The position numbers were made by a program, and so were the translations under genes. Under the pieces are notes generated by a model, which was not told the DNA's origin, searched no databases, and worked only from the letters and a program-made list of their open reading frames with translations. From NCBI GenBank assembly GCA_964057225.1, contig OZ059894.1, positions 18,290,001 to 18,354,000 on the forward strand: a stretch of 64,000 nucleotides of DNA, in the 5' to 3' direction. This stretch comes from Auanema rhodensis. Lineage: Eukaryota > Animalia > Nematoda. Below, in pieces: positions 61,701-64,000 of this stretch (positions are counted from its first letter, which is position 1; each line of letters begins with the position of its first letter).

Positions 61701-64000
61701 GCACATCACGTGTACATTTAATTAGCATAAATTAAAGTTCACGTAAATTTCAAAGTCATGGTTACCATGCACCTATATCAATAAAAATTTGTTTTCAGTC
61801 TAATATGGAAATGGGGAATCTAATTTTGAAAACCGCATCTCTTCATCTTTCACGTGAAGCGAGTTACATACCAAGTGCACATCACGTGTACATTTAATTA
61901 GCATAAATTATAGTTCACGTAAATTTCAAAGTCATGGTTACCTTGCACCAGTATCAATGAAAATTTGTTTTCGGACTAATATGGACATGGGGAATCTAAT
62001 TTTGAAAACCGCATCTCTTTATCTTTCACGTGAAGCGAGTTACATACCATGTGCACATCACGTGTACATTTAATTAGCATAAATTAAAGTTCACGTAAAT
62101 TTCAAAGTCATGGTTACCATGCACCAGTATCAATAAAAATTTGTTTTTGGACTAATATGGCCATGGGGAATCTAATTTTGAAAACCGCGTCTCTTTATCT
62201 TTTACGGGAAGCGATTTACATACCATGTGTACATCACGTGTACATTTAGTTAGCATAAATTAAAGTTCACGTAAATTTCAAAGTCATGGTTACCATGCAC
62301 CAGTATCAATAAAAATTTGTTTTTGGACTAATATGGCCATGGGGAATCTAATTTTGAAAACCGCGTCTCTTTATCTTTTACGGGAAGCGATTTACATACC
62401 ATGTGTACATCACGTGTACTTTTAGTTAGCATAAATTAAAGTTCACGTAAATTTCAAAGTCATGGTTACCATGCACCAGTATCAATAAAAATTTGTTTTT
62501 GGACTAATATGGCCATGGGGAATCTAATTTTGAAAACCGCGTCTCTTTATCTTTTACGGGAAGCGAGTTACATACCATGTGCACATCACGTGTACATTTA
62601 ATTAGCATAAATTAAAGTTCACGTAAATTTCAAAGTCATGGTTACCATGCACCAGTATCAATAAAAATTTGTTTTTGGACTAATATGGCCATAGGGAATC
62701 TAATTTTGAAAACGGCATCTCTTCATCTTTGAGTTACATACCATGTGCACATCACGTGTACATTTAATTAGCATAAATTAAAGTTCACGTAAATTTCAAA
62801 GTCATGGTTACCATGCACCAATATCGATAAAAATTTGTTTTTAGACTAATATGGACATGGTGAATCTAATTTTGAAAACCGCATCGCTTTATCGTTCACG
62901 TGAAGCGAGTTACATACCATGTGCACATCACGTGTACATTTGATTAGCATAAATTAAAGTTCACGTAAATTTCAAAGTCATGGTTACCATGCACCAATAT
63001 CAATAAAAATTTGTTTTAAGACTAATATGGACATGGGGAATCTAATTTTGAAAACCGCATCTCTTTATCTTTCACGTGAAGCGAGTTACATACCATGTGC
63101 ACATCACGTGTACATTTAATTAGCATAAATTAAAGTTCACGTAAATTTCAAAGTCATGGTTACCATGCACCAATATCAATAAAAATTTGTTTTTAGTCTA
63201 ATATGGCCATGCGGAATGTAATTATAAAAACCGCATCTCTTCATCTTTCACGGAGAGCGAGTTACGTACCATGTGCACATCACGTGTACATTTAATTAGC
63301 ATAAATTACAGTTCACGTAAATTTCAAAGTCATGGTTACCATGCACCAGTATCAATGAAAATTTGTTTTTGGACTAATATGGCCATAGGGAATCTAATTT
63401 TCAAAACCCCATCTTTTTATCTATTACGGAAAGCGAGTTACATACCATGTGCCCATCACGTGTACATTTAATTAGCATAAATTAAAGTTCACTTAAATTT
63501 CAAAGTCATGGTTACCATGCGCCTATATCAATAAAAATTTGTTTTTAGTCTAATATGGCCATGGAAAATCTAATTATGAAAACCGCATCTCTTTATCTTT
63601 TACGGGAAGCGAGTTACATACCATGTGTAAATCACGTGTACATTTAATTAGCATAAATTAAAGTTCACGTAAATTTCAAAGTCATGGTTACCATGCACCA
63701 ATATCGATAAAAATTTGTTTTTAGACTAATATGGACATGGGGAATCTAATTTTGAAAACCGCATCTCTTTATCTTTCACGGGAAGCGAGTTACATATCAT
63801 GTGCACATCACGTGTACATTTAATTAGCATAAATTAAAGTTCACGTAAATTTCAAAGTCATGGTTACCATGCGCCTATATCAATAAAAATTTGTTTTTAG
63901 TCTAATATGGAAATGGGGAATCTAATTTTGAAAACCGCATCTCTTTATCTTTTACGGGAAGCGAGTTACATACCATGTGCACATCACGTGTACATTTAAT
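55785..64000. repeat. Repeated block: ~55785-57146 recurs at ~62463-64000 (offset 6678, then 6854 after one extra monomer)
   Basis: S monomers 55961/62639; GGTGAATC in monomers 56127/62805; TTACGTACC variant G at 56412/63266. Confidence 0.82.

Larger units (their letters stand above)
1..64000. repeat. Tandem satellite DNA array, 176-bp monomer, ~365.8 units, single orientation; probable eukaryotic centromeric/pericentromeric satellite (family unidentified)
   Basis: TGGTTACC recurs at 1, 177, 353, 529 and so on (period 176). Approximate consensus: TGGTTACCATGCACCARTATCAATAAAAATTTGTTTTTRGACTAATATGGMCATGGGGAATCTAATTTTGAAAACCGCATCTCTTTATCTTTYACGGAAAGCGAGTTACATACCATGTGCACATCACGTGTACATTTAATTAGCATAAATTAAAGTTCACGTAAATTTCAAAGTCA. 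Length check: 365x176 - (19x10 + 2 + 64 + 124) = 63860, which matches the last monomer start at 63861. Confidence 0.99.

Noticed and set aside
63271-63471. 66-aa ORF from the ORF track
   Set aside because: It exists only because a singleton A>C at 63309 converts the TAA seen at this site in other monomers into TAC. It is translated satellite with no recognisable protein features.
1-64000. CRISPR-like array (conserved block alternating with a variable block)
   Set aside because: The variable portions are homologous and differ only by SNPs. There are no unique spacers, leader or cas genes, and the 176-bp period is far longer than CRISPR units.
1-64000. Transposon insertion, inversion, telomeric repeats or tandem RNA genes (5S, tRNA, snRNA)
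   Set aside because: The monomer register is continuous on one strand and fully explained by four kinds of deletion. I saw no foreign sequence, telomere motif runs, or recognisable RNA-gene sequence.

Overview
The whole 64 kb window is one uninterrupted head-to-tail satellite array with an AT-rich (~33% GC) 176-bp monomer: 365 monomer-equivalents (1-63860) plus a 140-bp partial unit. I see no genes, RNA genes, transposons, inversions or unique sequence. The single listed ORF is a chance product of one SNP. Register arithmetic accounts for all net length variation: 19 copies of a 166-bp monomer (same 10-bp deletion), one 174-bp monomer, and two large deletions (64 and 124 bp) near 52.4-52.6 kb. 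The interest lies in the array's organisation. About a dozen diagnostic monomer types recur in a conserved order, consistent with a relic higher-order repeat. That order has been reshuffled by in-register duplications of 2 to 42 monomers, traceable through private SNPs and chimeric junction monomers. Three compositional domains are visible (about 1-31.9 kb, 31.9-49 kb and 51-64 kb). The monomer is rich in short dyads. This looks like eukaryotic centromeric, pericentromeric or heterochromatic satellite, but I cannot assign family or species. I found no novel protein-coding or CRISPR-like system.
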